64,000 nt of DNA, from the NCBI GenBank assembly GCA_963796285.1, contig CAWCKW010000013.1, positions 64,001 to 128,000 of the forward strand, in the 5' to 3' direction. The DNA comes from Nitrospirota bacterium (GTDB lineage: Bacteria > Nitrospirota > UBA9217). Shown piece after piece: positions 46,483 to 57,506 of this stretch. The notes below the pieces were generated by a model. The model had not been told where the DNA came from, made no database searches, and saw only the letters and a program-made list of their open reading frames with translations. Both the position numbers and the translations under genes were made by a program. Within the stretch, counting starts at the first letter, position 1. The number at the start of each line of letters is the position of its first letter.

Positions 46483-47729
46483 TTTACGTCTTCTCCTGTC
46501 AGTTCTCCGATCATGGAAAGGGTCTTGTGCAGAGACGTCAGCTCTTCCTGTTCCATCAACTGATACTTGAGCAAAAGGCTGTTGCTGTCCAGGAGGTTAA
46601 AAACATCTGTCTTCCCCACCCGGTAGTTCGCGGTGGTGGACTGGAGCGCCAGGGTCGCCTGCGGTATGATGCCCGTTTCGTAAAGATGAAGATGGTGCTC
46701 CGAGGTCTTTGCCGTGACATAAAGCTCCCGCACCCGCGCCAGAACGGAGAGCTGAGCGTTGTTGTAATCGTATCGGGACGACTGCAGGTCCGCATTCGCT
46801 GCCTTCACGCCGGTGGACTTGTTCCAGAAATAGAGCGGGACCTTGAACATAACGCTCGCCTGCCACACATCCGACTTGTCGCCCCGCGTGAACCATCCGC
46901 CGGACAGGACGAGATCGGGCAGAAACTCCTTCTTCCGGGAAGAGACCTCGAACTCGCCCTGCTCAACCATCCGCTGTTTTCCCTGGAGCAGCGGCGAATG
47001 GGCCTGCGCCATGGCAGCAAGGTCCTCGATGCTTTTCTCCAGAGAAATCCGGGGGAGCTCGGCGGGTTTGCCCAAGGGCGCCAGGGGATCTCGGCCAACG
47101 AGTCGGTTTATCATGGACGCCTGCGTCTCCGTCTTGCGTTCTTCCTCCGCTATCTTGTCCAAAAGCATCAGGACCTCGAGCTGCGCGCGGAGGACGTCCT
47201 GCTGCATTCCCTGGCCGGTCCCATACCGGGTCTCGGCGATCTGCTGAACGTTCTGCATCAGGTCCTTGGTCCGGGTGAAGATCTCAGTAGAGCGGTAGGC
47301 CAGGTAGTATTCATAGTAGGCGTTCCGGAGTTCTGCTAGAACCCGAAGCTGCATCTCCCGCGCGTTCTCATGTTCACGCTCGGCCATTTTTCCCGCAGCA
47401 TGGCCCATGGTCGTGAGCTTGCCCGGGAACGGGACCTCCTGCGAGAAGACAATGCCCTGCATGCTCATATCTTCCTTGCCCACGCTCCAGGCGACCGGCG
47501 ACCCGACGTTCTGGACCATATAACCGATCATCGGGTCGGGCATGGCCGCGGCAAGGGACCTTTTCTCGTCTGCGGATTCTGCTTTCTTATCCACCATGCG
47601 GATCTCGGGGTTGTTCTGCAAGGCCTCCTGCTCGAGGTCTTTCAGCGTTACCACGCCGTCATCTGCCCGTGCATGCGCGGGAAACAGAATGCCCACAACG
47701 ATCAGCAGGCTCGTCAGTGTTCTCTGCAT
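46479..47729 (-). CDS. TolC/CusC-family outer-membrane efflux protein
   Basis: Signal peptide, AL.NNP.I, Q..PFPGK, two OEP repeats; in operon with cusBA. Confidence 0.88.
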   Translation of the reverse strand: MQRTLTSLLIVVGILFPAHARADDGVVTLKDLEQEALQNNPEIRMVDKKAESADEKRSLAAAMPDPMIGYMVQNVGSPVAWSVGKEDMSMQGIVFSQEVPFPGKLTTMGHAAGKMAEREHENAREMQLRVLAELRNAYYEYYLAYRSTEIFTRTKDLMQNVQQIAETRYGTGQGMQQDVLRAQLEVLMLLDKIAEEERKTETQASMINRLVGRDPLAPLGKPAELPRISLEKSIEDLAAMAQAHSPLLQGKQRMVEQGEFEVSSRKKEFLPDLVLSGGWFTRGDKSDVWQASVMFKVPLYFWNKSTGVKAANADLQSSRYDYNNAQLSVLARVRELYVTAKTSEHHLHLYETGIIPQATLALQSTTANYRVGKTDVFNLLDSNSLLLKYQLMEQEELTSLHKTLSMIGELTGEDVK

Positions 47730-47880
47730 CTATCCCTCCTGGATAAAAAAAGTGCACTGTGCGTGCTAACGTATATACTTCGCGAAATAATAAACATGAA
47801 CAAATGATCAACATACCGAAAAAGAGTGTTCTGCATTGCGTGATGAACAATCTGAAGGACCCTACGCTCAACTATATCAG

Positions 47881-47915
47881 AAAAAAAGGGCGCTCGTGCT
47901 TTTGCACGGCGCCCT
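47881..47915 (-). terminator. Terminator after the YtkA/FixH-like gene
   Basis: Minus strand AGGGCGCCGTGC-AAAA-GCACGAGCGCCCT-TTTTTT. Confidence 0.75.
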
Positions 47916-47955
47916 ATCCAACAAGATCCATTACAGCGTGCACGGTATGTTTCAT

Positions 47956-48354
47956 CTATCGTGCGTCAAGGTTAAAGGTGGCCGTGGCCGGGGACTTTCC
48001 AGGTCGTACCACGGTGACCTCGGTCTTCCACGTGCCCTCCATGCTCACTCCTGCTTTATACTTGTAGACATCACCGGTGAGCACCGGTTCGGGCTTAGAA
48101 GACATGGGCGCCATCCCCGGCATGGCCGGCATGAAAAAACGCGCCGTGACCTTGGCATCCGTCACTGCCTTGCCCGCCTCGTCGGTGATTTTCACGCTCA
48201 GATCATTATCACCCTTCACCAGTGGGTAACTGCCGGTAGAAAGCGTTATAGTCAAACCACCCGTTGTCTTCTGGGCTTCATAACCCCAGGATATCCCGAT
48301 GCCCAGTACAAGCATCACAATCACTGCCACTGTTGCGAGAGAGAACCTTTTCAT
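47956..48354 (-). CDS. Periplasmic YtkA/FixH-like Met-rich protein (putative Cu/Ag binding)
   Basis: Signal peptide MKRFSLATVAV..., G.N...V...D..GK.V.DA.V...MPAMPGMAPM...G.Y......M.G.W. Confidence 0.8.
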   Translation of the reverse strand: MKRFSLATVAVIVMLVLGIGISWGYEAQKTTGGLTITLSTGSYPLVKGDNDLSVKITDEAGKAVTDAKVTARFFMPAMPGMAPMSSKPEPVLTGDVYKYKAGVSMEGTWKTEVTVVRPGKSPATATFNLDAR

Positions 48355-48483
48355 AGAATTTGCACCCCTTTCAGCCGAAATATCGACTTGATACATAATG
48401 ATCCTTCTGTTAATATTTGCAGCATCCACTGTTCAGTATGAAAGAACATCATCTATCGTTTGTCGAATTCTATTGAGGAATAT

Positions 48484-48499
48484 TGCAAGACAAGGGCCA
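48484..48499 (-). promoter_or_regulatory. Putative sigma54 (-24/-12) promoter
   Basis: TGGCCC-TTGTC-TTGCA (GG-N10-GC) on minus strand ~130 nt upstream of the Met-rich gene. Confidence 0.5.
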
Positions 48500-48657
48500 G
48501 AATGTCGAAATACTATTTCCCCTTACAATTCGACCTGTTAAATAGATAATGCTGATTGATAAATTAACCAAACTGGAGCATTTGCTTCATGCTGTGTATT
48601 CTTTCATATATTGGGGATTCGGAAAGCAGTTTTTAGTTTTTAGTTCATGGTTCTTAT

Positions 48658-48879
48658 TTAGTGAATAAACTCATAACTGAACAACGGAGAACTCAAAACT
48701 AAGAATTGCTTTACTAAGAACCTTTTATCCCGCTTTTTCAGAAAAAACGCAAGAAATACACCCATCATCAAACTTATCAAGCCAGCAGTTGTCATGTTTT
48801 TTTGGCTGATTTTAGGCGAGGACTTTTCCCCCGCGGAAACGGCGCGATCAAATGACGCGAGTTCAATCTCGAAGTGCAA
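48658..48879 (-). pseudogene. Remnant resembling the C-terminal Pro-rich/TM segment of Wzz/Wzc chain-length regulators
   Basis: DRAVSAGEKSSPK...AGLISLMMGVFLAFF resembles D.A..P..K.KPK...G...G.FLAFF; no N-terminal part present. Confidence 0.45.
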
Positions 48880-48975
48880 CGCTTGAGACCGCGGCCTCCA
48901 ATGGCGTTTTATAACCGAGGCGCGGAACCCCTATCACTGCCGCAGAGCGGGGGATGGAGGGGATGCTGCAGGCGA

Positions 48976-49884
48976 CTAGGGGGAGGTGAAGATGGAGGCG
49001 CCGGGAGTCTTCGCAGTAGACAGGGCACCTTCTACGTCACCGGGAGACGCTCCTGCATCAGCGGCCCCCACATAAATGGATTTTTTATCCGCTCCCGCTT
49101 TGGTGGCCGCATTCACCACAACTTTCAACGGAGCGCCCGCCTTCAGGGCTGCCTTGACAACAATCTGAACCGGGTACCCCTGCTTAATAGCGGAATACAC
49201 TACCAGAGACGGATCTTTTCCGATCTTTATAGCCACGGAAACGACTTCCCCGCAATATGTTGATTTGTCATTCGGTCCCGCATGAGTGGCTGATTTGATC
49301 ACAGCATCCAGGGGAGCGCCCGCCTTTAGGGCTGCATTGACAATGGTTTGGGCCGAATACCCTTCGATAATGCCGATATACACCACCAGAGACGGGTTTT
49401 CCCCGGTCTTAATGGCAGCTTCCACGATATCACCGATGTATGTCGATTTTTCATCCACTCCCGTGTGGGTGGCTGAGTTCAACACGACATTCAGGGGAAC
49501 GCCCGCTTTTCGAGCAACCTTGACAATGGTCTTAGCAGCGTATCCTGCGGAAATGCCGGTATACACTACGAGGGATGGATCAACACCAACCTTAATACAG
49601 GCGGCGACGATTTCAGGGATCTTTTCTCCCGATCTCATGGCATCATTGATGATATTTCGCAGCGGTACCCCCTCAGACAATTGCCGAGCTATCTCCGCTT
49701 CAGTTACCGTCCACTCTAGTCTCTTCTCTGTTGCGGTTTTAGCAGCATCCGCCCACAGGGGAGCCATCATGATCGTGTACCCAAGAACCAGCGCAAACAG
49801 TGCTAAGAGGCTGGTTATTCTCCTCTTGGCTTTATTTTTTCGCACCGGAGGCCCTCCCGGCATTTGTTCCGTTTTTATGATCAT
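48976..49884 (-). CDS. Secreted or membrane-anchored protein with three 61-aa Ala/Val-rich helical repeats
   Basis: Hydrophobic N-terminal segment; repeats IV.A.IK.G..PSLVVY..I..GY....IV..A.KAG.PL..V...AT..G...KS.Y; ATG at 49884 after GAGGTG. Confidence 0.75.
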   Translation of the reverse strand: MIIKTEQMPGGPPVRKNKAKRRITSLLALFALVLGYTIMMAPLWADAAKTATEKRLEWTVTEAEIARQLSEGVPLRNIINDAMRSGEKIPEIVAACIKVGVDPSLVVYTGISAGYAAKTIVKVARKAGVPLNVVLNSATHTGVDEKSTYIGDIVEAAIKTGENPSLVVYIGIIEGYSAQTIVNAALKAGAPLDAVIKSATHAGPNDKSTYCGEVVSVAIKIGKDPSLVVYSAIKQGYPVQIVVKAALKAGAPLKVVVNAATKAGADKKSIYVGAADAGASPGDVEGALSTAKTPGASIFTSP

Positions 49885-50127
49885 GTTATAAGACACCTCG
49901 TCAATAAAAAACGTTGCATGGATTGGCCCCCAACTGAGGGTTTCGATTCGTATCCGAAAGTCTTGAACGTTTTTAATGATGCATTTTTATAGCACACAGA
50001 CTATCGACGAGACAATAGAATAGAAACCCATTATATTTCCGGGGAGGCAAAGAGTTTACGGGATGGCCGATCGCGGAGGTATTTCGCCGATGACCGGTAA
50101 TAAATTCAAGAACGACCATTGAAAGAG

Positions 50128-50976
50128 TTATTCGTGGATTTTATTGATCCGATCCTTTGCAATCGCCGCCTCGGTAGTACCGGGATGGTCCTTGATGACC
50201 ATATTGAGGAATTCCTTGGCCTTGGCAGTGTTCTTCTCGTTCAGATAGGACAGGCCGATCTTGAGCTTGGCCCCGGGCGCCTTGTCGCTCCTGGGATAGG
50301 ACGTGATGACCTTTCGAAAGGACTCGATGGCCTTGGTGAATTCCTTCTTGGAGGAGTAGCACTCGCCAATCCAGTACTGGGCGGCGGCAGCCAGGCTGGT
50401 GTCCGGAAAGAGGGCGATATAATTTTTAAATCCGTCGAGCGCAAGGTCAAAATTCCCCTTGTCGAAATCGTTCTTTGCCTGATTATAGGCCTCGGATGGC
50501 TCTCTACCCTTCAGGGCGGCCTTCTTGTCCCTGTCAGTCGCGGTCCCGATCGGCGCCGTTGAAAGGCCTCCCGTCCCGGAGCCCGACTTATTCACCTTTG
50601 CTTCGAGCTCCTCGATCCGCGCAGTGAGTTCCGCAATTTTGACGCTCTTATCATCAAGCTTCTGCGCAAGCTCGGTAATATGGAAGTTGTTCTCCTCGAG
50701 CTTGCCCTGGACAAGCTGGATGTCCGTGGCGAGCTGGTCCGACTTGGCGCCTGAATCCGCCATCACCTTCTGCACGTCAACCGTTCCCCGGATGTTCGCA
50801 TCGAGAACATCGATACGCTTCTGCAGTTCCTTGATCTGCGTCTTCGTTGCTGCCTTTTCCCCACGCAGTTCGGACATGTCGGTATTGATCTTCACGAGTT
50901 CAGACTGGGGAGCGCAGGCGGCCATCAGGAACAGGCAACCGGCAACGGCAATAGCAAGATAGGGTTGGGTCGTCAT
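50128..50976 (-). CDS. cpoB: Tol-Pal associated protein CpoB/YbgF
   Basis: Lipobox MAAC, coiled coil, TPR with AQYWIGECY and A.LKIG; downstream of pal. Confidence 0.9.
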   Translation of the reverse strand: MTTQPYLAIAVAGCLFLMAACAPQSELVKINTDMSELRGEKAATKTQIKELQKRIDVLDANIRGTVDVQKVMADSGAKSDQLATDIQLVQGKLEENNFHITELAQKLDDKSVKIAELTARIEELEAKVNKSGSGTGGLSTAPIGTATDRDKKAALKGREPSEAYNQAKNDFDKGNFDLALDGFKNYIALFPDTSLAAAAQYWIGECYSSKKEFTKAIESFRKVITSYPRSDKAPGAKLKIGLSYLNEKNTAKAKEFLNMVIKDHPGTTEAAIAKDRINKIHE

Positions 50977-51106
50977 GGTATTTTTTCCGTGTACAAAGAG
51001 AAACTAATGAACGGGAGCCGATGGCGTAGAACAAGGAAAGCGGAGAAGGGTAATCCGACGATGTCCCGCCGAAGATCCCCCTCACCGTTTCATGATGATA
51101 CCGATC

Positions 51107-51652
51107 CTACTCCGCAACTGCGATAAAATCGTCTCTCCGGTTTTTCTGCCAGCAGCCTTCAGTGGAATCATTGCAAACAGGCTTTTCCTTGCCATAGCTG
51201 ATGAGCAAGATCCGTTTCCCAGAAATACCCATATCGGTGAGATATTTCTTTGCGCTTGTGGCGCGGCGCTGGCCGAGGGCCTGGTTGTATTCCTTGGTGC
51301 CGCGTTCATCGCAACTCCCCTCGATCCTGACCTTCACCTTGGGATTGGCCTTGAGCCACTCCGCATTCGCCTTCATCACGGCCCTGGCGTCGTCACGAAC
51401 AAAGGACCTGTCAAAATCGAAGTAGATGGACTGCAGACCCGCTGCAGCGGCGCGCTCCATGGACTCATCTTTTGCCGCAGGCTTCGCTTCTTCCTTCATC
51501 GGTTCAGCCGTTTGTTCGGCTGCCGGTTCAGCTTTTGTGGCAGGGGCCGCTTCCGGTGTCGTGGTCACCTGCGCCTTCTTGGGGCAGCCCCAGAGGGCAA
51601 ACAAGCTGAGCAGTACAATAACACCAAGCATGAAAATTCGTCTGTTCTTCAT
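51107..51652 (-). CDS. pal: Peptidoglycan-associated lipoprotein
   Basis: LWGC lipobox, IYFDFD, IEGSCDERGTKEYNQALGQRRA, SYGKEKP, NRR. Confidence 0.95.
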   Translation of the reverse strand: MKNRRIFMLGVIVLLSLFALWGCPKKAQVTTTPEAAPATKAEPAAEQTAEPMKEEAKPAAKDESMERAAAAGLQSIYFDFDRSFVRDDARAVMKANAEWLKANPKVKVRIEGSCDERGTKEYNQALGQRRATSAKKYLTDMGISGKRILLISYGKEKPVCNDSTEGCWQKNRRDDFIAVAE

Positions 51653-51761
51653 CGCAATCCTCCTAATAAATAGTATACGAGCAAAGGTCCGTAATAGGCG
51701 TTGAAAATCGCAAGAGGTGACGCGGGGTTGAGATGTACCGCATTACCGTCTAACTTCCGTT

Positions 51762-51790
51762 AAGATAGCATACAACATGGTTGATGTCAA
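51762..51790 (-). promoter_or_regulatory. Putative sigma70 promoter of pal
   Basis: TTGACA-17 nt-TATCTT with TG extension. Confidence 0.55.
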
Positions 51791-52021
51791 CGGGAAAGGA
51801 TTTTTAACAACCGCATGGAGACGCGCCGAGCTGAGACAAAATGCCGCCTGATAAATATCTACTTTTTTTGGCTTCCGGCAGACCGGAAAGCAATCCGTAC
51901 TCATCTCCTCTCTCTGCGTTCGGCTGAGCGTTCATCTGAACTCGCGCGGAAGACTTACCCGGACGAGCTATACCGAAGTCGTTTCAAAACATACCCGTGG
52001 TGTGAGTGCTGCGGACCCACC

Positions 52022-52540
52022 TTACCAGCGGTTCTCGTGGACCCGCGAGCCGTCAAAACGGTCACCCGCTTTCTTTTCCTCGGCAGGGAAGCCTATGGGG
52101 ATGAGCGAAAAAGGAACAATGTGCTCCGGCACCTTCAGGAGCTTCCTGAGATTCAGGATCCGGTCCTCGGTGGGATAGACGCCGCACCACACCGCGCCCA
52201 GTCCCTTGGCATGAACGGCGAGCAGCATGTTCTCCGTGGCCGCGGCACAGTCAAGCACCCAGCACCCTTTGTGTTTCTCGAGCGCTGTGTCTCCGCACAC
52301 GAGGACGGCCACCCCGGCCTGTTTCAACATCGCGGAATAGGGATGGAACTTCGGGATCTCATCGAGCAGTGCCCGGTCGGTCAGAACAAGAAAATGCCAG
52401 GGCCGCTCGTTCCCTGCCGACGGAGCGCTCATCGCTGCATGCAGGATCTCGTTGATCACCTCCCGGGGCACCGGTTTTGGCGCGTATTGGCGCACGCTTT
52501 TCCGTGAAAGGATCTTTTCCATCATGTCCATATTGTCCAC
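52022..52540 (-). CDS. Nitroreductase family protein
   Basis: RKSVRQY, APSAGNERPW, DCAAATENMLLA...GLGAVW; start may be ~52531. Confidence 0.92.
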   Translation of the reverse strand: MDNMDMMEKILSRKSVRQYAPKPVPREVINEILHAAMSAPSAGNERPWHFLVLTDRALLDEIPKFHPYSAMLKQAGVAVLVCGDTALEKHKGCWVLDCAAATENMLLAVHAKGLGAVWCGVYPTEDRILNLRKLLKVPEHIVPFSLIPIGFPAEEKKAGDRFDGSRVHENRW

Positions 52541-53114
52541 CAGCCTTTCTGATCAGCTTCGCTTCTTCCCGTATTCCCGGACAAGCCGGAACCAAAAGGA
52601 AAAAACTAAAAGTCATCTCTCGCAAAGCCGTACCCTGCTGTTGCCAAGGCGCGGGCACAGACAAAGGATGCTAAGAAAACCTTTAACCCTTTTTTTAAAA
52701 AACAAATAATTTGGCCTTTCTTTGCGAGCTTAGAGCCTCAGTGCTGCCCTCTTCTTCGCCATTGAACGAAAATATTCTTGTCGTTTTGACTAGAATTTGA
52801 TTCCTGAGTTACTATAATAACCTCTTTCTGTTCGAGATACGTACAAGCATATCATAAATTTATAATTAACGCGGGCGGGACGCCGTGCCCGCTATCCGGA
52901 ATCTGTACGTACAAGATGAACCCAGGATAACGATGAAGCATACGGGAACAGGTGAAAAGTAAGACAGACCAGGTCGAATGGCCTTCCCCTCTTTCATGAG
53001 TTGCCAAGAATAACTTGTCCTGAAAAAATCGAGTGGCAAGCCGCAATCGTCTGCGAACGCTCCCCCTGTATCCTCGCTCAAGTAAGTCAAGTCATTTCTA
53101 AGAGGAGGTTTCCC

Positions 53115-53633
53115 ATGGCTTCGAACAAAACGATCATCGCTGAAAACGTGCAGGAACATCTTGAAAGGTCAGACTGGAAGGCAGCCATCGCGGAGATGGA
53201 AAAACTGTATGCCATCGACCGGGACCCTCTCATCAGGGTGCGGATCGGCGACGCACGGCTGAAACTCAACCGGAAATGCTCGGCAATAAGGGAATACCTC
53301 CGCGCCGCCGGGCTGTTCGCGGAAAAAGGATTCGTGGTCAAGGCGCTGGCACAGTATAGTCTCGTCTTACGGCTTGATTCCTCGAACGCGTACGCCCGAA
53401 AAAGGATGGAGGTGATGGAGATGCTTCGCCCGGGCAAGACGGCGACGCAGCAGCACCGCGCACCAATGGAATATCTCGCGCCCCAGCCGTTCGAGAGCAC
53501 TATCCCGCCTTATGCGTCCCGAACATTATTAGTAGCAGCTGATGAACAAGCCAAGGAACGTCAGGCTCTTTGCCACTTCGATCCAGCCGGTGGTCTGGAG
53601 CTTCACGCGATAAAGGACAGCCGCAACGACTAA
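53115..53633 (+). CDS. Hypothetical TPR-like protein
   Basis: GGAGG RBS before ATG at 53115; W.AAI.E..KL...DP..R.RIGD......AI.EY..A...F...GF..KALA.Y; 3' end overlaps ywiC-like gene. Confidence 0.6.
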   Translation: MASNKTIIAENVQEHLERSDWKAAIAEMEKLYAIDRDPLIRVRIGDARLKLNRKCSAIREYLRAAGLFAEKGFVVKALAQYSLVLRLDSSNAYARKRMEVMEMLRPGKTATQQHRAPMEYLAPQPFESTIPPYASRTLLVAADEQAKERQALCHFDPAGGLELHAIKDSRND

Positions 53634-54231
53634 ATTGTCTACGAGAGGCAGAAGAATGATGATCGGGATGTGCATGAGATGATACACAACGACTGCAACA
53701 ACCACGGCGATGGCCGTCAAAACACGGTCCCTCGTTTTCTTCAGCAGTACCGCTTTGATCTTGAATACACCGGCTGAGAAATACAGTGCCACGCCCAGGA
53801 AAAGCCGTACGTCCAGACCGTCCGTCAGCAGGAATTTTGCTAGACACGGCCGCAAGACTGAGAAGCGTAAAACCCAGGACCTCGGTCAGAACAAAGTGCT
53901 CTCCTTTAAGCTTGTTCATGAAAAGATAGAGTGCCGGGAAGATAAGAAGCGGAAGGAGCCTGGGGATATCACCCCGAAAAACACCCACAAGGATCGCCAC
54001 TGCCACAGCGATCTGCCCGAGAAAGACCGTGAGAGATATCCTGTCCCCTGTCCGGCGCACCCATTTCATGAAAGCCTGCTTGGAATTGATCAGCAGCCCA
54101 AGGGCGACAAAAAGGGGTATTGCTGCCCAGGAACAGTCGTGGCTCACGCCCAAGCCGATCAGATACGCAATGATGAGAACGCTCCAGGAGCCGTACTCTT
54201 TCAGGAAATATCCTCGCGCCTCATTTCTCAT
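53529..54231 (-). CDS. YwiC-like membrane protein (apparent +1 frameshift near 53844)
   Basis: KEYGSW N-terminal motif, multiple TMs, C-terminal K....GW.E; span is 3n+1. Confidence 0.75.
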
Positions 54232-54382
54232 GGATGAAATATATCATGGTTTACAGAAGGAAGGTATGAGGGAAATCATATGATGCGAGCAGCAAGGATC
54301 AAAAAAGACAGATCCAGGATGAGATTGTCCAGGTTCTTTTTTCCCCGGATCCCGGCCCCTGAACCTTTGACCCTTTGAAGAT

Positions 54383-55837
54383 TTACATGATCCCGATGAT
54401 GGATGCCCGCGCGTAGTTCAGGAGGTCGGTCGGATACACACCGATCCAGATCACTGCCGTGGCCGAGATCGCAAGCGCAAGCGCGAGAGACGGCGCGGAA
54501 GAGAGTTCGATACTGCCCTTCGGCTCGCTCATGTACATGACCATGATGACCCGGAGGTAGAAGTAGGCGCTGATGGACGAGAACAGCACGCCCGCGACGG
54601 CAAGCCAGACAAGGCCGGCCTGGACCGCGGATTTAAAGATATAGAACTTGCCCACGAACCCGGCCAGGGGCGGAATGCCCGTGAGCGAGAACATGAAGAT
54701 GAGCATGAGGAACGCCGCGGTCTTGTGGGTCTTGCCGAGACCGGCGAAGTCCGTTATCTCCTCACCCCGCTCGCCGGCCTTCCGGAGCATGATCACCACG
54801 CCGAAAGCGCCCATGTTCATGAGCGCGTAGATAAAGACATACAGCATGACGCTCGCTGCGCCTTCCGGCCCCCCAGCGGCCAGGCCGACGAGGGCGTACC
54901 CGGCGTGGGCGATGGACGAATAGGCCAGCATACGCTTGATGTTCGTCTGGGACAGGGCCATGATATTCCCGACCGCCATGGTCAGCACGGCAAGACCGGC
55001 GAGGACCGCGGTGGAATGCTCGTGCAGGGGCCCGAGCGTGTAGAGAAAGATCCGGAGCAGCACGGCGAAGCCGGCGACCTTGGGCCCCGCGGACATGAAC
55101 GCCGTGACCGGCGTCGGCGCCCCTTCGTACACGTCAGGCACCCACATGTGGAAGGGTACCGCGGCCACCTTGAATCCGAAGCTCACGATCAGCATGATCA
55201 TGGACAGGAAAATAACGGGGTTCGTGAGGTCGGCCGACTGCAGGAACAAGAGGATCCCCGCGAGGTTTGTGGTGCCCGAAAGCCCGTACAGGAGCGACAT
55301 GCCGTAAAGCATGATGCCTGACGAGAATGCGCCGAGCACCAGATACTTGATCGCGGCCTCGTTCGACCGGTTGTCCCTCCGCATGAAACCCGCAAGGATA
55401 TAGACAGAGAGCGCCATGAGTTCCAGACCGAGATACAGGGTGATCAGGTCGCCTGCCGACGCCATCATCATCATCCCGCTCGTGGCAAGGAGCATCAGGG
55501 CATAGTATTCGCCGCGATGGATGTCCTCGATCTTCAGATAGTTGATGGACACCAGGATACCTAGGCCGCAGGCACTATAGAAAACAAATTTGATGTACGT
55601 GGAAAAAGGATCGAGCAGGAACGTGCCGTTGAAGAATACCCCGTTCAGGTTCATCAACTTAGTGCTCGCATACGCCGCGATGATAATGCCGCCAAAGCTG
55701 TACCAGCCGAGAATGGCCTTGCGCTCCTTCTCCACAAAAAAATCGAGCACGAGCACCGAAAGCGCCACAACGATCACAACAAGCTCGGGCAGTATCGGGA
55801 GTATGGTTTGCTGAAATTGCTGATACATGCTGGACAT
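54383..55837 (-). CDS. nuoN: NADH-quinone oxidoreductase subunit N
   Basis: SNEAAIKYLVLGA, FKVAAVPFHMWVPDVYEGAP, KRMLAYSSIAH. Confidence 0.96.
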   Translation of the reverse strand: MSSMYQQFQQTILPILPELVVIVVALSVLVLDFFVEKERKAILGWYSFGGIIIAAYASTKLMNLNGVFFNGTFLLDPFSTYIKFVFYSACGLGILVSINYLKIEDIHRGEYYALMLLATSGMMMMASAGDLITLYLGLELMALSVYILAGFMRRDNRSNEAAIKYLVLGAFSSGIMLYGMSLLYGLSGTTNLAGILLFLQSADLTNPVIFLSMIMLIVSFGFKVAAVPFHMWVPDVYEGAPTPVTAFMSAGPKVAGFAVLLRIFLYTLGPLHEHSTAVLAGLAVLTMAVGNIMALSQTNIKRMLAYSSIAHAGYALVGLAAGGPEGAASVMLYVFIYALMNMGAFGVVIMLRKAGERGEEITDFAGLGKTHKTAAFLMLIFMFSLTGIPPLAGFVGKFYIFKSAVQAGLVWLAVAGVLFSSISAYFYLRVIMVMYMSEPKGSIELSSAPSLALALAISATAVIWIGVYPTDLLNYARASIIGIM

Positions 55838-55854
55838 CGGGTTCTCCTTGACCG

Positions 55855-57394
<1,540 letters not shown>

Positions 57395-57506
57395 GGATCA
57401 GGCTCCTTTAACGAACGAATAAATAGCACCGAACGGATCTATTTTGCAAATATCGTGTACGCCGATGAACGGTGTACGGTGAACCGTGAACGCTGAGCAT
57501 TGAACG

